Source: Candidatus Nanopusillus sp.
GTDB taxonomy: Archaea; Nanobdellota; Nanobdellia; Nanobdellales; Nanobdellaceae
Reading direction: 5' to 3'
Assembly: GCA_046536775.1 (NCBI GenBank)
Contig: JAWDMD010000013.1
Location: 1-14,750 of the forward strand
DNA length: 14,750 nt
Shown here: piece after piece, positions 13,938 to 14,750 of the stretch
How the letters are laid out: each line of letters opens with the position of its first letter
How positions within the stretch are numbered: position 1 is the first letter of the stretch
Made by a program: the position numbers and the translations under genes
The notes under the pieces: model-generated
The model's input: only the letters and a program-made list of their open reading frames with translations
Told to the model about the DNA's origin: nothing
Databases searched by the model: none

Positions 13938-14750
13938 TAAAGGAAATAGAAGGTATAATTGCAATAGTAATTTTTATTTCGTTTTTAACATTCTATTTAA
14001 CAATTTATAAAGAATATATGATAAATAATATTAATAACTATGACCAAATAAATTATTATAATAGTTATATAAACAATATATTGAATTCTATTGAAATTGA
14101 ATATTATTTACTATCATTAAATGTTTCAATACCATTGTCAATGTATTATCAATGTTCGCAAAATTCTCCAATATATTATAATTTAAATAATGAATTTGTA
14201 TATAGTGATTTTTGTACATCATTTCCAATATATTATCCATTAAATATATCCTTTTTAACAAATTATTCTGGAGTATTAAATAATACAAATAATACATATT
14301 TAGATCCAAATGTTGGTATATTTTTTTATACAAATTTTTCAAATTTTAATATAAACAATAATCAGCCACAATATGTTTTAATAAATGTTTCAAATCCATC
14401 AAATCAGAATTTAGTTAATTATCCTGTATTTATAACTTCTACTGATATTTTTTATTGGTTACAGAATGATTCTAATCTATCTGTAGAAGATTTGAATGAA
14501 AATAATTATTATTTTTGCTATTTAAATAATAATTTAAATTGTAATAGTTTCAATAATAATTCTTATGGAATTTGGATTGATTTAAATATATCTCAAAATA
14601 GTTATATAATATTAAATATTTCTCCAATAAATGAAATAAATAGTTATTCAGTTGATGGAAAAGAAATATTTCCAGTATATGATAATTTTAGCTATCAAAA
14701 TTATCAACAGTTTAGTCAGTATTGGACAAATAATACTCCTATAAATATTT
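13922..14750 (+). CDS. Partial (3'-truncated by window edge) pilin-like-signal surface glycoprotein candidate
   Basis: I translated this by hand; it is absent from the ORF track because it has no stop in the window. ATG 13922 opens at least 276 codons with no stop and overlaps the ATPase gene by 16 nt. The N-terminus MVRGIVKEIEG-IIAIVIFISFLTFYLTIY is a charged segment, Gly, then a hydrophobic helix. After that come Asn/Tyr-rich sequence, 4 Cys and about 14 N-X-S/T sequons. The listed antisense ORF 14088..14342 is its shadow. Confidence 0.7.
   Translation, partial: MVRGIVKEIEGIIAIVIFISFLTFYLTIYKEYMINNINNYDQINYYNSYINNILNSIEIEYYLLSLNVSIPLSMYYQCSQNSPIYYNLNNEFVYSDFCTSFPIYYPLNISFLTNYSGVLNNTNNTYLDPNVGIFFYTNFSNFNINNNQPQYVLINVSNPSNQNLVNYPVFITSTDIFYWLQNDSNLSVEDLNENNYYFCYLNNNLNCNSFNNNSYGIWIDLNISQNSYIILNISPINEINSYSVDGKEIFPVYDNFSYQNYQQFSQYWTNNTPINI

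Noticed and set aside
14088-14342. Listed 84-aa minus-strand ORF, the only track entry downstream of the ATPase
   Set aside because: It is antisense to the much longer stop-free plus-strand frame starting at 13922. It has a low-complexity Tyr/Leu/Asn composition and no recognisable features.
1-14750. CRISPR arrays, IS elements/transposases, rRNA genes, toxin-antitoxin or known defence cassettes
   Set aside because: I looked for regularly spaced repeats, terminal inverted repeats and DDE/integrase-like or nuclease ORFs and found none. The only exact repeat noticed is the 16-mer at 8484/8591.

Overview
This is a very AT-rich (by eye about a quarter G+C, not computed), extremely gene-dense archaeal chromosomal segment. 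The archaeal call rests on three things. (1) Gene content: FtsZ, ATP-dependent DNA ligase, GatD, deoxyhypusine synthase, TrmB-type regulator, archaeal-type NMNAT, tungsten-type aldehyde:ferredoxin oxidoreductase, cis-prenyltransferase. (2) No Shine-Dalgarno motifs, with TATA-like octamers about 25-35 nt upstream of starts. (3) Two tRNA genes without encoded CCA whose stems are nearly all G:C in an AT-rich background, a pattern known from thermophiles with AT-rich genomes. A small-genome DPANN/Nanoarchaeota-like lineage is only a guess. Most of the window is housekeeping. Four things are missing from the supplied ORF track. (a) An ORF starts at 13922 and runs off the right edge. It overlaps the stop of a HerA/FtsK-superfamily ATPase by 16 nt and encodes a pilin-like N-terminus followed by an Asn/Tyr-rich domain dense in N-glycosylation sequons. 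This ATPase plus surface-protein pair is the best candidate here for an undescribed envelope or translocation module, but only its first two genes are visible. (b) A textbook-architecture archaeal C/D box sRNA lies on the minus strand at 7572..7620. (c) A GC-rich (~56% by hand count) imperfect hairpin of unknown class lies at 7657..7711. (d) A frameshifted small ORF sits in the largest intergenic gap. Other oddities: the NMNAT gene reads 60 nt through the antisense of tRNA-Gly; tRNA-Ala lacks the conserved D-loop GG and has U37; an exact 16-nt direct repeat links the promoter and coding region of a small basic protein gene; several neighbouring features have zero-nt spacing. No CRISPR array, transposase, integrase or rRNA was seen. 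All protein family calls are motif recognition by eye, and no searches were run.
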